A stretch of 61,781 nucleotides of DNA, the filler included, from Trypethelium eluteriae (lineage: Eukaryota), in the NCBI GenBank assembly GCA_051942245.1. It is 2 parts of 2 records of this genome, joined end to end, with 100 filler letters (N's around TTAATTAATTAA, not from the genome) between each part and the next. Parts side by side here need not be neighbours in the genome. Positions count along the whole stretch, not along the records: positions 1 to 30,913 come from JAVECL010000282.1; 1 more part is not named here. The stretch is one strand, 5' to 3'. The first letter of the stretch is position 1. Each line of letters starts with the position of its first letter. The translations under genes were made by a program, and so were the position numbers. The notes beneath the pieces were generated by a model. That model ran no database searches and was not told the origin of the DNA. It saw only the letters and a list, made by a program, of their open reading frames with translations. Shown here piece after piece: positions 1-10,744 of the stretch.

Positions 1-278
1 GGGATGGGGGTGCTTGCGCTTTGGTTGCTTTGTTAGATACCCTGGGTTGGATGGCGTCGATGTCATGTTACGATGTGGGATTTGATGATAGACGCGAAGT
101 CATGTATACTTAGTTGTATTAGCATGCAATATTGCTAGCCCTGAATCCGTCCAGCACCGTGCTCCCATATATGCATCGCTAATTTACACTGCAACAAAAA
201 TTCGGTATTCTACGAGATAGGTCTCTGCAAGTCCAGGTCATAGGGTCGCGGCCTTACACTTGCCGACTCTTAAGACAT

Positions 279-2286
279 CTATTCAATTCGTACGACTTTC
301 TTTCCTTTCCCTACATTATCTCCCGCTGCTGGGGTCCCATTATCCCTGACACCATTCACCTCCTCCACATCGCCGTCGTCATGCTTCGGTAGTCGCATCG
401 CAAGATACACATACTCAGCCCTCGTCATCTTGTCCATTATGTCGTTCATATAGCGCCTGACTTCATCCGGAGGCGCCACCGCCTGGCGCAGCACACTCAG
501 CACCTTCGAATCATCCGCAGAGAAGCGAACAGTGACAGGCTGATAGTAGTCGAGAGCAGGATCGTAAATAGGCGGATCCACTTCCAGGTCCTCGTCTGCC
601 TTCGGCTCAGTCTTCACCGACGTTTTAGAATCAGCGCGCTTCGGATGTGACGGAACGTCATTGGAGTGGTCCTCGGACTGAGTCTCGACCTTGCCTTTCT
701 GAGATGCATGGCTCTTGCCCTTCCCGTTCGGATGCCCGGTGCTAGCAGAACTGCCGCGACGCACGATGAGGAAACTTGCGATGACGACGTTGCAGTCGGG
801 GACGTATTCTAGAATGCTGTGGCGGGGGAAGAGGAAACGGTCGCTGTTCCGCTCAAATTCGATGGCAATATCACGTGCCTCGGCGCCGCGGGGAGAGGCG
901 ATTAGCTTGGCTTTGGAAAGGGGAGGGTTGGATTGATAGTATGCCTGCGGTTGGGCGGGTGACGATGTCGGATGATGAGGTTGTAGGGGAATAGGCGCGG
1001 ATGGATGATAAGGAGAGTTTGTTGCATTAGGCTTGGGCGTGCCGTTGGGAATTGATGACTCTCTTGTTCCATCCTCTGGCGGTACTACGCCTTGGCCGGC
1101 CCCAGCCCCAATGGATGGAGAAGCGGCCGTGGAAGTGGTGGTTTTGTTATCCTCTGCCTTTTGTTTTGCAAGAAGAGCACTGAGCTCATCTATATGTTGT
1201 TGAAAGACTTTTAACTGCTCTTCGTTGGCTTGACCAGATGCAACAGTTTTCATTAAGCTAGTAAGTTGGGGATCAGAAGATGCCTTCTTTGCCAGCATGT
1301 GTATCACAGGATCTGGCTTTGGTTCGGAGCTGTTGGCCACCGACTCATCCTCCAACGTGGACTGCTTTGTTGTTCCGTTAAGATTTGGGGGTGCTTTCGT
1401 GGAGTTCTGCCCGGCTTGGTCTGGACTAGATGATGTTCCATTTGCCGTTGGTGCACCCATAGTATGATGGTCGACATTGGCCTGACTCGATGGATGAGAT
1501 GGAAGTTGATTCTGTGGCGGTTGTGGGGTGTGGGGAGATTGAAGGTTGGGTGAGGTATGCGGGGGCGGTAGTGTGCGGCTTTGGTGATCTGTAGCTGGTG
1601 ATGCTCGCTGTTGGGATGAATGTGAGTGTTGTGAGGAGTGCTGCTGATACATTGACTGGCGGGATGCTACTGTATTTTGATGGCCGTAGTATGACAATGG
1701 AGGTGTCACGACAACACCGTTCGGCGGCCCGTACTGCATCACCGGCCTGTGGGGTGGGAATGACTGCTTGTATGGCTGTTTCGCGCTGTTGGGATCCTTC
1801 ACGATGAAGAGTCTTGCGTCGAATAGGTGCGGTTCGATGGTCAAGCGACACTGCCCTACCATCTGCATGCTCTTGACATCTGGGTTGTTCTCTGGGGCGG
1901 CTATATTTTTGGATTTGGATGGTTTGGTCCAATACCGCTCGAAAATTCCTTCGCTCAGCCATTTGTTACGGGATCGTTTTAGCGACTCTGCCAACACCCC
2001 ACTAAGCTCAGTTAGCAAGAGTATGTGAGACGGCTAAAATGGATGCCCACCTTTGAGCTATGGATTGGTATTCTTTGCTTGACAGCTCTAAAGGTTGGGG
2101 TTCGTCAAGAGTAGGAAGATGCTTTCCCTCTGAGATTTTGGTAGGCAGTGTGTTCGATACTGACTCTACACTGATGGGCTCTGTTGCGGGTGGTTCCTTG
2201 GCCTCCTCTGTTATCAGAGCAGAAGCTCTCCTCTTGGCCGGCGCCTCACCTTTGGCCCTTGTAGTAGCCTTGCGTTTCTCGACCAT
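279..2286 (-). CDS. SWC3: SWR1 chromatin-remodelling complex subunit Swc3-like protein (2 exons; intron 2002-2050)
   Basis: ATG at 2286 (MVEKRK). GTGGGC donor, GCTAAC branch and TAG acceptor join EYQSIAQS to GVLAESLKRSRNKWLSEGIFERYWTKP. C-terminal DRFLFPRHSILEY and YYQPVT...VRRYMNDIMDKMTRAEYVYLAMRLP match what I recall of fungal Swc3. Confidence 0.8.
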
Positions 2287-2956
2287 CTCGCCTTGCGCCC
2301 TCGTAAGATTGAGAAGCGAGGAACGCAACTAGGTGTTCTCACTGGAGATGGCCGGCCAATGTCAGCTCAAGGCCACGTAAAGCATGGATTTCCTGGGCGG
2401 CTTTGCCGTACGACTGAGTCTCTTGCAAGACAAGTGCACGCATATGAGTGTGGGTGGGGATGGAAGACCCAGATATTGTACTGAAGTCGGAAGATGCTTC
2501 CGACAGACTTTGTATGCATCGACGGGGTCGCGGGTGTGGACTGCCGTCCGTCGACGGAGGATGACGAGGCGAAACGAAGTCGAGGGGAATTTTTGAAAGT
2601 TGCGGAGGAGGTGGAAGCGCTGCGGCGTGGCCCTGGGCATGACCTGGGAATTTCCTGGCTTGGCTGGCTGCCGGCCTCACCTGCTCACCACCGAGCCCCA
2701 TCACTCCTCTCACATCCCTCGTCCCTGTGCATTACTCTGACGCTTGGTCAGCACATACCTCTGAATGCAGTGTTGCTCTGACTACTCTGCTTCAATTGCA
2801 CCTAGCATCAATTGGCCGTTGCGGACCCGCTACTTATCCATCGTACCGCATCACATCCAAAAAGCTATCCGCTACACTCCAGATCCCAAGTGACGAATAC
2901 AGAGTGCAAAGATATCTCACCGAGACAGCTTCAAGGGTAATTTGATTCTCATTGGC

Positions 2957-4575
2957 ATGTTAGAACCACCTGCTCTTCATCAGCATGAGGGGCGTTCAAT
3001 CTTTACCACAATCTTATTAGTGCTTTTCGTCCTGATCCTTGCATACGCACTCTTGATTGCTTGCCTTTCCATCCCATGGGTGCAGCGTTTGTACGTAATC
3101 ATCCTTACCGAATGTACTCGTTCTATCTGATCGTTCGAAGCGCCTTGTACGCCCACAAAATTCGGACTCCTTCATGGTGGCATAACATCTACCACCCTGA
3201 GGCCTTTGGCTTTGCAAGTGCGTCTCAAATGGAATTATGCGATTGAGTTTCCCTCACAACATATAGAGAATCAAGCTACGCCATTCAACCTGAAATCTTC
3301 TGATGGTCTGACTCTCTTCGCCTGGCATGTGCTTCCACTCGGTCTGTATGAGCAACATGAGGCTGCGCTTCGTGACCAGCAACCTGGCGTCGTAAGCGAT
3401 ATTGCGAAGACGCTCGGCTTCAAGCTCATGACGTCAGATCCAGAGAGTAGACTTGTTATCAATTGTGAAGCCCCTCACCATTCTCTTGCAGCAGACCTAC
3501 GCTAATTGTGTACTACTAGTCCATGGCGTACGCGTGCAATACATCCTGTTTCCCTTCTTCTATTGACCCTCTAATAGAACGCAGGCCATGTCGCTCAAGG
3601 CTGGCGCACTGACACCTATCGTGTACTGACTTCCAGCCCGTCTAACTTGCATATTCATCTATTGACCCTCGATTACCGCGGATTTGGCGTCTCTACCGGT
3701 AGTCCTACCGAATCGGGCCTCATTTCGGATGGCGTCGAGCTTGTGAATTGGGCCATACACTTCGCTAGAATCCCTCCGGAGAGGATCGTGATTTTGGGAC
3801 AGAGTCTAGGAACGGCGGTGGCAACGGCAGTAGTGCATCATTTTGCTACGAATCCCTCAGGGCCGGTCTCAGTTTTGCCGGCCGGAGCAGGAGGAATCGG
3901 GAGACCCGATGGAGTCACGGATGACGATTCAGAGCAAGTAGGAGGGAGAAAGGACAGGGTAGTCTTTGCGGGCATAGTGCTGGTTGCTGCCTTCAGTTCC
4001 CTTCCTGTGCTCCTGCCTACTTACCGTATCGCGGGCTTCATTCCGCTTCTTGCACCTCTGAGTCTGTTTCGCTTGACGCGCTATGTGGTGGACAAAATCT
4101 TAATTGATAAGTGGAACTCATTGGAAAGATTACAGAAGTATCAAAGAGCGGTGAAAGGAGCGTACAGCTACCTCGCACTGATCCATGCATTCAATGATGG
4201 CGATATTCCATGGACGCATAGTGTAGATTTGTTCTGCGGACTTGTTGGTGCAGAGGATGGACGAGAAGACGACGAAATGAGAGAAGAAGCTGAGAGGTGC
4301 TATCAGAAGATCACCGAAGTAAGGAGAAGCAAAAGGCCAGACTACTTTGAATGGTCTGAGAAAGATGGGAGGAACGTTCGACTGGAGCTTGTGGAATACG
4401 GAGGTAAAACTCGATGCTTGCGACTGATGCTCGCGACTGATGCTCCTTAAATGCTTGATTGCTAATGCTCAGCAATATAGGGCATAATCGTATAGTCACG
4501 TACTCATACATCTCACTAGCGATTGCTAGAGCTTTCCAAAAATCCAAGACGAAATCGTCCATGTCACTGATCTAG
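2957..4575 (+). CDS. ABHD12-like alpha/beta hydrolase with N-terminal membrane anchor (6 exons)
   Basis: Introns 3091-3140, 3218-3266, 3465-3519, 3528-3577 and 4404-4480 give a continuous frame with FHGNAGH, DYRGFGVSTGSPTESGL, the GQSLG nucleophile elbow, DGDIP and GGHN; stop TAG at 4573-4575. Confidence 0.88.
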
Positions 4576-4698
4576 TCACTATTTTACAAGACGTTTAGTA
4601 TACATCTCTTACATTTGTGTCCAAGGTCTCACAGTATCTTTCCTTGGCGTGTCTTAAGCGCTCTCTACTCGCGGTAAGCTCACTTTTTCTGAGTGGTG

Positions 4699-4734
4699 CA
4701 GAACACGCACACAGAACACGCACACAGAACACGC
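4699..4734. repeat. 13-bp tandem repeat (CAGAACACGCACA x ~2.8) between convergent genes
   Basis: Read directly: cagaacacgcaca cagaacacgcaca cagaacacgc. Confidence 0.85.
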
Positions 4735-4735
4735 T

Positions 4736-6518
4736 TTAAGTCAGCCCTTTCCCATCCCGAGTCAATTTCGAACTCAAGAGCGCACCAGAGTGTGCCAACC
4801 TGCCGACTGTTCCGGAATTGTTTCCCCATCTCCAGGCCCACCAGCTCACGCCACTCACCAAACCCACGGAAAGCATTGTCATCGACCTGATCAGGATCCT
4901 CCCCTGTCTCTGCGCTTTCCTCTCCACTTCCGAGTACCGCTCATTGGTGAAACTTATTCTCGAGTACTGCGTTGCCCATCCGAGCAAAGGCACATGTATG
5001 CTTATTTTCTCTTCGATCCACTTCCGCAATTTATAGATAGGAGACGTCACGTCGCTGCGCATTTCCTGATAGTTTCGCAACGCAAGGTCGTTGATGACAT
5101 GTGCATCGCTTGTGCGAAATTTTGAAAATTCCGACAGTGCTCTCTCCCTCATCCCGTCAGATCCACCGGGCATCGAGCCAGGGGAAGGTCGGTACGCGTC
5201 AAGAAAATCGTAGAGGACGCGGACGTCCTCAAGTCCTGCATTCATGCCTTGACCGTAGAAGGGTACCATGGCATGTGCAGCATCACCGAGAATAGCGACA
5301 CTGGAGGAGTAATGAAACGGTGCACACTTAATGTTGATCAAAGGTAGGTGCGGATTTTCGCTGTATTGCTTGACTAGATCCGCCTCGGAGATGAGGTCAG
5401 GCACTACGCCAGGAAAGCGATCTTTGAAAAAATCAACGAGAGTGGAAGGACTGCGGTCGAGTTCGGCGAAGTGCGAAGCAGGTAGAAATAAAGTAGAGGT
5501 AAAAGAACTATCCATGCTAGGAATGGCGATGAACATGAACTCTTGTCCAGGCCATATATGAAGATGGTTCGGGGAAAGTCTGAAGGTTCCGTCGAGTGAA
5601 GGATCTATGCGAAATTCGCACCAGAGGGTCTCAATGTATTCCTGCTGGTATGTCATTCGTGCATACTTCATCAGGTGGAAGCGGACTGCAGAATGAGCTC
5701 CATCGGCTCCGATCATGAAGTCGAAGTTTATTTCGATTTCTGGAGGCCTAGGACCTGCCACAGGCTTTGATCGTTGTTCGAACCATGCAATTCTGCGGTT
5801 GAAGTCGGCCCCAGTCAACTTGTGGTTAAAGTAAAACGTGACGTTGGGCATCCTTTCGAGCTCGTCCAACAGGCGTTTGTTCAAGCCTGCGCGGTCAATT
5901 GCACGTATAAACTGGAAATAATCAGTGCTATGTTCCAGATTATCAATTGCTGGGAAAGCTCACTCTGCCTCGGACATCATATGTCTGGGATTGCTCATAC
6001 AGCTTGCCATGCTCCTCTCCATGGATCATTCGTCCATGCATCGGAATTGTCTCGGCAAGAACTGCGTCTAAGAGGCCAGGACATTGTGCTTGTCTCATGG
6101 AATTAATGCCTCTTTCCGACAAAGCAAGGTTGATTGACTTTGTGAAATTGAGAGGGATGGTAGAAGGGTTGCGTAGATCTGACAATGAACCGAATATCAG
6201 CATACCTCGTACTGCGTATCATGTGCTACTAGAAGTTTGACTAGAGACTTTTTTCAACTCTTAACTTAAGGAAGACCAATCGATACCCTAGTAGAAGAAA
6301 TTTGTAATGCTGTGGGGCACAAAGAGTTCCTGAGTGACGAAAGCAACGCCCTCAACTCTTCAATTGCCCGAGTGGCGTACTATGATTTGACGCAACCTAC
6401 CATCTCTCAGTTCGTAAATTTCGACAGCATCTCCACGCCGGGCAGCGTAGAGTGCGGCAAGAGCGCCAACGGGGCCAGCGCCGATAACCACAGTTTTTTG
6501 CTGTGTGTAAGGAGCCAT
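4736..6518 (-). CDS. BNA4: Kynurenine 3-monooxygenase
   Basis: [21 protein letters not shown]-binding motif, [26 protein letters not shown] and [23 protein letters not shown]-terminal hydrophobic anchor. Intron 1 is 6179-6400; intron 2 is near 5900-5965. Confidence 0.96.
6219..6371 (-). ncRNA. Candidate intronic box H/ACA snoRNA in BNA4 intron 1
   Basis: Sense-strand order is hairpin (GGGCA/TGCCC, AAGAGTT/AACTCTT), ACAGCA (ANANNA H box, 6308-6313), hairpin (CTACTAG/CTAGTAG lower stem, internal pocket, GATTGG/CTAGTC upper stem), then ACA (6222-6224). Confidence 0.62.
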
Positions 6519-6972
6519 GCTTGAATTAATTTCGACCCCAAAGGGACCTTGGAATGTATGGACAGATTCATCGCGGTTTACGGAGGTACCTTTCACACCT
6601 TTCACGCCGCAACGATCTTGACACTCGTGACAATGACGCGGCCACCCGGCCGAAAGGTACTAGGCGTTAAGAAGCTTCGACGATTTTTCTAGAAACTGAA
6701 CCCCGCCCTGATTGGTCCACGCTCCTTCGTTTCTAACTTTCTCAACACGTTCCGTACGCCCTTCGCATCCCTACCTCACCTTTAACTGGAACCCATAATT
6801 CCTACACAACTCATGAGCATTCGGTCCCCATTCTTTCTCGTTTGTCCAAATTTCCCCACGACTGATTCCGCGCGAGACTTGTGAATTCCCTCATTCGTAT
6901 GCTTACCAACCATCCTTGAAAACGCAGAGCTACGCCAGAGAGGGATCCAAGAGGGGCACGGATCTAGCCACC

Positions 6973-8405
6973 ATGGCGACCGAGACGAGCAATAAGCGGG
7001 CCTGTACGGGACTTGACTGCGCGAATGAGGCCGGGGCTTTGCAGTGTCCTACTTGTCAAAAGATGGGCAAGGATAGTTACTTTTGTTCTCAAGATTGTTT
7101 CAAGCGGAACTGGGTCTGTTAACCTGGGCTTGTTTAGAAGCAAGAGTACGCGCTGACCCGGGCTCAGGGTAACCACAAAACAGTACACAAAACTCAAAGT
7201 AATCCAATCCGCAATTTTCTAGCACCAAATGTTGTATCTAAACCAGATCCAGCTACCGGCCAATACAATCCTTATCCATCCTACGCCTATACCGGACCTC
7301 TAAGACCGGTTTATCCATTATCACCACGTCGTAAAGTTCCTGAGCGGATACGGCACCCAGACTATGCGAGCGATGGAGTACCACGGTCGGCGCAGACATT
7401 TGTTGGTCGAAATAAGATCAAGATTTTGGACCATAAGGAACAGCAGGCTATGCGCAAAGTTTGTAGATTGGCCCGAGAAGTGTTAGATATCGCAGCGCGA
7501 GAAATAAAACCCGGAGTAACAACGGATCATATCGATGAAGTAGTACATCAAGCTTGCGTAGAAAGAGATGTGAGCACGCCACTTGAGGTTCATTGACACT
7601 ATTTGTCCGTGAAGCTCCAATGACTGATCTCGGGGTTTCAGCTAACAAACATAGTCATATCCGTCACCGTTGAACTACGCACGTTTCCCCAAATCGGTCT
7701 GCACATCCCTCAATGAGGTCATCTGCCACGGTATCCCAGACCAAAGGCCCCTGCAGGATGGTGATATTTTAAACATCGATGTCACCCTGTATCATGGTGG
7801 TTTCCATGGTGACCTCAACGAGACCTATTATGTCGGTGACAAAGCTCTTGCAGATCCGGATTCAGTACGCGTCGTTGAAGCAGCCCGCGAGTGCTTGGAT
7901 GAAGCAATCAAGCTCGTGAAGCCTGGAATGCTCTTTCGAGATCCTGGAAATGTCATCGAAAAGCACGCGAAGAGTCGTGGATGCAGTACAATCAAAACAT
8001 ATTGTGGCCACGGTGTCAACCAGACCTTTCACTGTGCCCCAAATGTTCCGCACTATGCAAAGAACAAAGCGGTCGGAGAAGCAAAACCTGGCATGACATT
8101 CACAATCGAGCCAATGGTTGCGTTAGGTACCTATAAGGACAAGACTTGGCCTGATGACTGGACGAGCGTTACAACGGACGGCAAAAGGTCTGCACAATTT
8201 GGTAAGCCCTGGAAATTTCTTGTATCTAACATTACTATGAGAAGCTCACTCCTTGCTAGAACACACCCTGCTGGTGACAGAGAAGGGTGTCGATATCCTC
8301 ACTGCGCGACTCGCAGACTCACCTGGTGGACCGGCTCCGAGACCCACGGAAGCTGGGGAGGAGTCAGTTCCAACTACAAATGGGGACAAGGCTACCGAAA
8401 ACTAA
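6973..8405 (+). CDS. MAP1: Methionine aminopeptidase 1 with N-terminal zinc finger
   Basis: CTGLDC...LQCPTCQK...[11 protein letters not shown] zinc finger; [41 protein letters not shown] and SAQFEHT. Introns at about 7114-7167, 7570-7654 and 8202-8259. Confidence 0.96.
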
Positions 8406-8960
8406 TCAGTATAACTCTGAACAAGCTTCGGTGCAAGATCATTGTTGAGCATTTTCTCTGAAATTGGCCGGTCTAGCGATTACTGTAAATGTCGTTTTTA
8501 GTACAGTCCTCATATAGATTGAGCTCTTCTTATGCTTTTACTCATTGCTTGGCCAATGTTATACTTCAATTTTCGCGGTTGTCGTATTAATTGATCGCAT
8601 GCCAGCTGTGAGGGAGGAAGCTTGAACGCCAAGCTTTGTCCAGCTGAAAATTGACGAGCAACCGCGTCTCTACGTCACCCAGCCTTCCACCCCTCGTAGC
8701 TCACCCACCTCTCTCACGCCGCCTTGCCTCGACTACGCTTGCGGATTGCCTATCAGTAGAGAATCCGCTGCTTACAACACTCAGATTCTTGGTCGAATAA
8801 CCCTTGTCGCTCCCACGCCTCTCAAACGTTCAGACTATTGAGACGGAACCTCCGTAAACAAAACTCCGATCGGGCTACCAGAAGCGTCGTTTTGTGAGAA
8901 ACAGCCGATCAGGCGGATAGCATCAGCTTTCTGTACTGGAAGAAACTCTTGAAGATCAAG

Positions 8961-9578
8961 ATGTCGGGCGAAGCGTGGCTCTACCTCTTGGCGGTACTCA
9001 TAAATGCCGTCAACCTTTTCCTACAGGTGTTCTTCACGATCATGTACAGCGATTTGGAATGGTATGTTAATTCCTGCAGTTTTCCGAGAATTGTATTCAG
9101 CATCATATTTTGGACATATGCTAATGTGACTTGTGGCAGTGACTACATCAATCCCATCGACCTTTGCAACCGCCTGAATCTCTACATCGTCCCTGAAGCC
9201 GCCGTACACGCTTTCCTCACCTCGCTCTTCTTAATAAATGGGTATTGGATCGCGTTAATCCTCAATGTACCGTTACTGGGATGGAATGCATGGAAGTACG
9301 TTCATCTCCCCTTCGAACTACGGATGTATAGTTGACTGGGCACAATACTAACATGTTGGCAGAATCTACGAGAAACAACACTTGCTTGACGCGACAGAGA
9401 TCTTCAGGAAGTTGAACATCCATAAGAGGGTGCGAATCTTGCGGCTTGTCCCTTGTCTTGCATATACACTGACGCCAAGTCGTAGGAATCGTTCGCCAAA
9501 CTGGGCTTCCACCTTATCATGTTTTTCTTCTATCTGTATTCGATGATCGTTGCCTTGATCAGGGACGAGTCCCATTAA
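8961..9578 (+). CDS. ERV14: Cornichon-family ER cargo receptor Erv14 (4 exons)
   Basis: [58 protein letters not shown] and [26 protein letters not shown]; three canonical introns. Confidence 0.95.
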
Positions 9579-10369
9579 GCATCATTATGATCCTGGAATA
9601 CAACTTGAATAGTCGAAAGGCACAATGGACTACAGGATCTGGGGATCCAAGCATTACAGCTCCGGGGCTGGGTGGCATTTGGCTGTACGGTGGGTGGGTG
9701 TGCAGATGACACGAGGGAAGCCACACTCTAAGAGTCTGAGAGTGGACTGAATGAGCATTGGAACGGGCTTTTCAGAGCTGTTGATAAATTTCATTTCTGG
9801 GTTGGAGACTTGGGGGGCCGATAAACGTTCGTCTGATACCTTTTAGAGCGCTTTCCTTCGAATCGCTTCCGCGATTGGTTGTAATGATACATCCAAAGAG
9901 AAATATACCCGGCGTATCAATCTGCGTAGATACTGTACCTTATCTTACCTCTCATTACCTACTAACGTAGTCATTCTATGGGCGACTCCTCAGATTTGGT
10001 GGCTCCGAGGTCACGATATAGACGTCACGTGCTCGCGCGAGTTCTTGCTAAGAGACAAGACAGGTAAGGTAAGGTACCTCTGTAGCAGATACCTAAGTCG
10101 AATTTGACAACGGACCATGAATTTCTCGCTCATCTGCTGGCTTATACGCCTCTTTCTCAGCTATGGCCTGTGCAATCGGCCTGTCGCGATAACAAAAAGA
10201 CACGCACTCCTAAATTAGACCCGTCTTCCATTGCCTACCCAAAAACTTCTATGTTTAGAATTAACTTGTATAGAATAGTGCTGAGCCTGTACTTTGTTTT
10301 CCATACCGGTTTTCGTGTATAAATCTCTCTGAGTGCTTTTTAATGATGTTGAGCAGTAAGGTATCCCCA

Positions 10370-10612
10370 CACGCGGTTGACAAAAAAAACCCGCACACCG
10401 AAACTGGGGGGTGCCTCGCTGGAAAAGCAGCTACACCTGTAGACTACCTCTATAGGGTACAAATTATTATTCGATAATCTCTTGAGTCTAAAAGGTGGTG
10501 AATGTGTAATAGCAGACAAGCCTGATGTACATACGTGATCTTTTCTGTCTACTGCGTAGGTATGAAGCACCCCCCAGTTTTTGGTGTGGCGGGTTTTTCT
10601 GTCAGTCGCGTG
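10370..10612. mobile_element. Putative MITE-like non-autonomous element, 243 bp, with ~48-bp imperfect terminal inverted repeats and a 5-bp flanking direct repeat CCCCA
   Basis: Left end CACGCGGTTGACAAAAAAAACCCGCACACCGAAACTGGGGGGTGCCTC aligns to the reverse complement of the right end, CACGCGACTGACAGAAAAACCCGCCACACCAAAAACTGGGGGGTGCTTC. CCCCA lies at 10365-10369 and 10613-10617. Confidence 0.6.
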
Positions 10613-10744
10613 CCCCACCAAACTTCTGGAACAATCTTTTTATGCTAGCTCGCACTTGACTTCTTGCTCCATACACACCTTCGACCGACTTTGTGCACCG
10701 CAAGACCATCTGTATCGCCACAATCTCTATACATATGAAACAAT

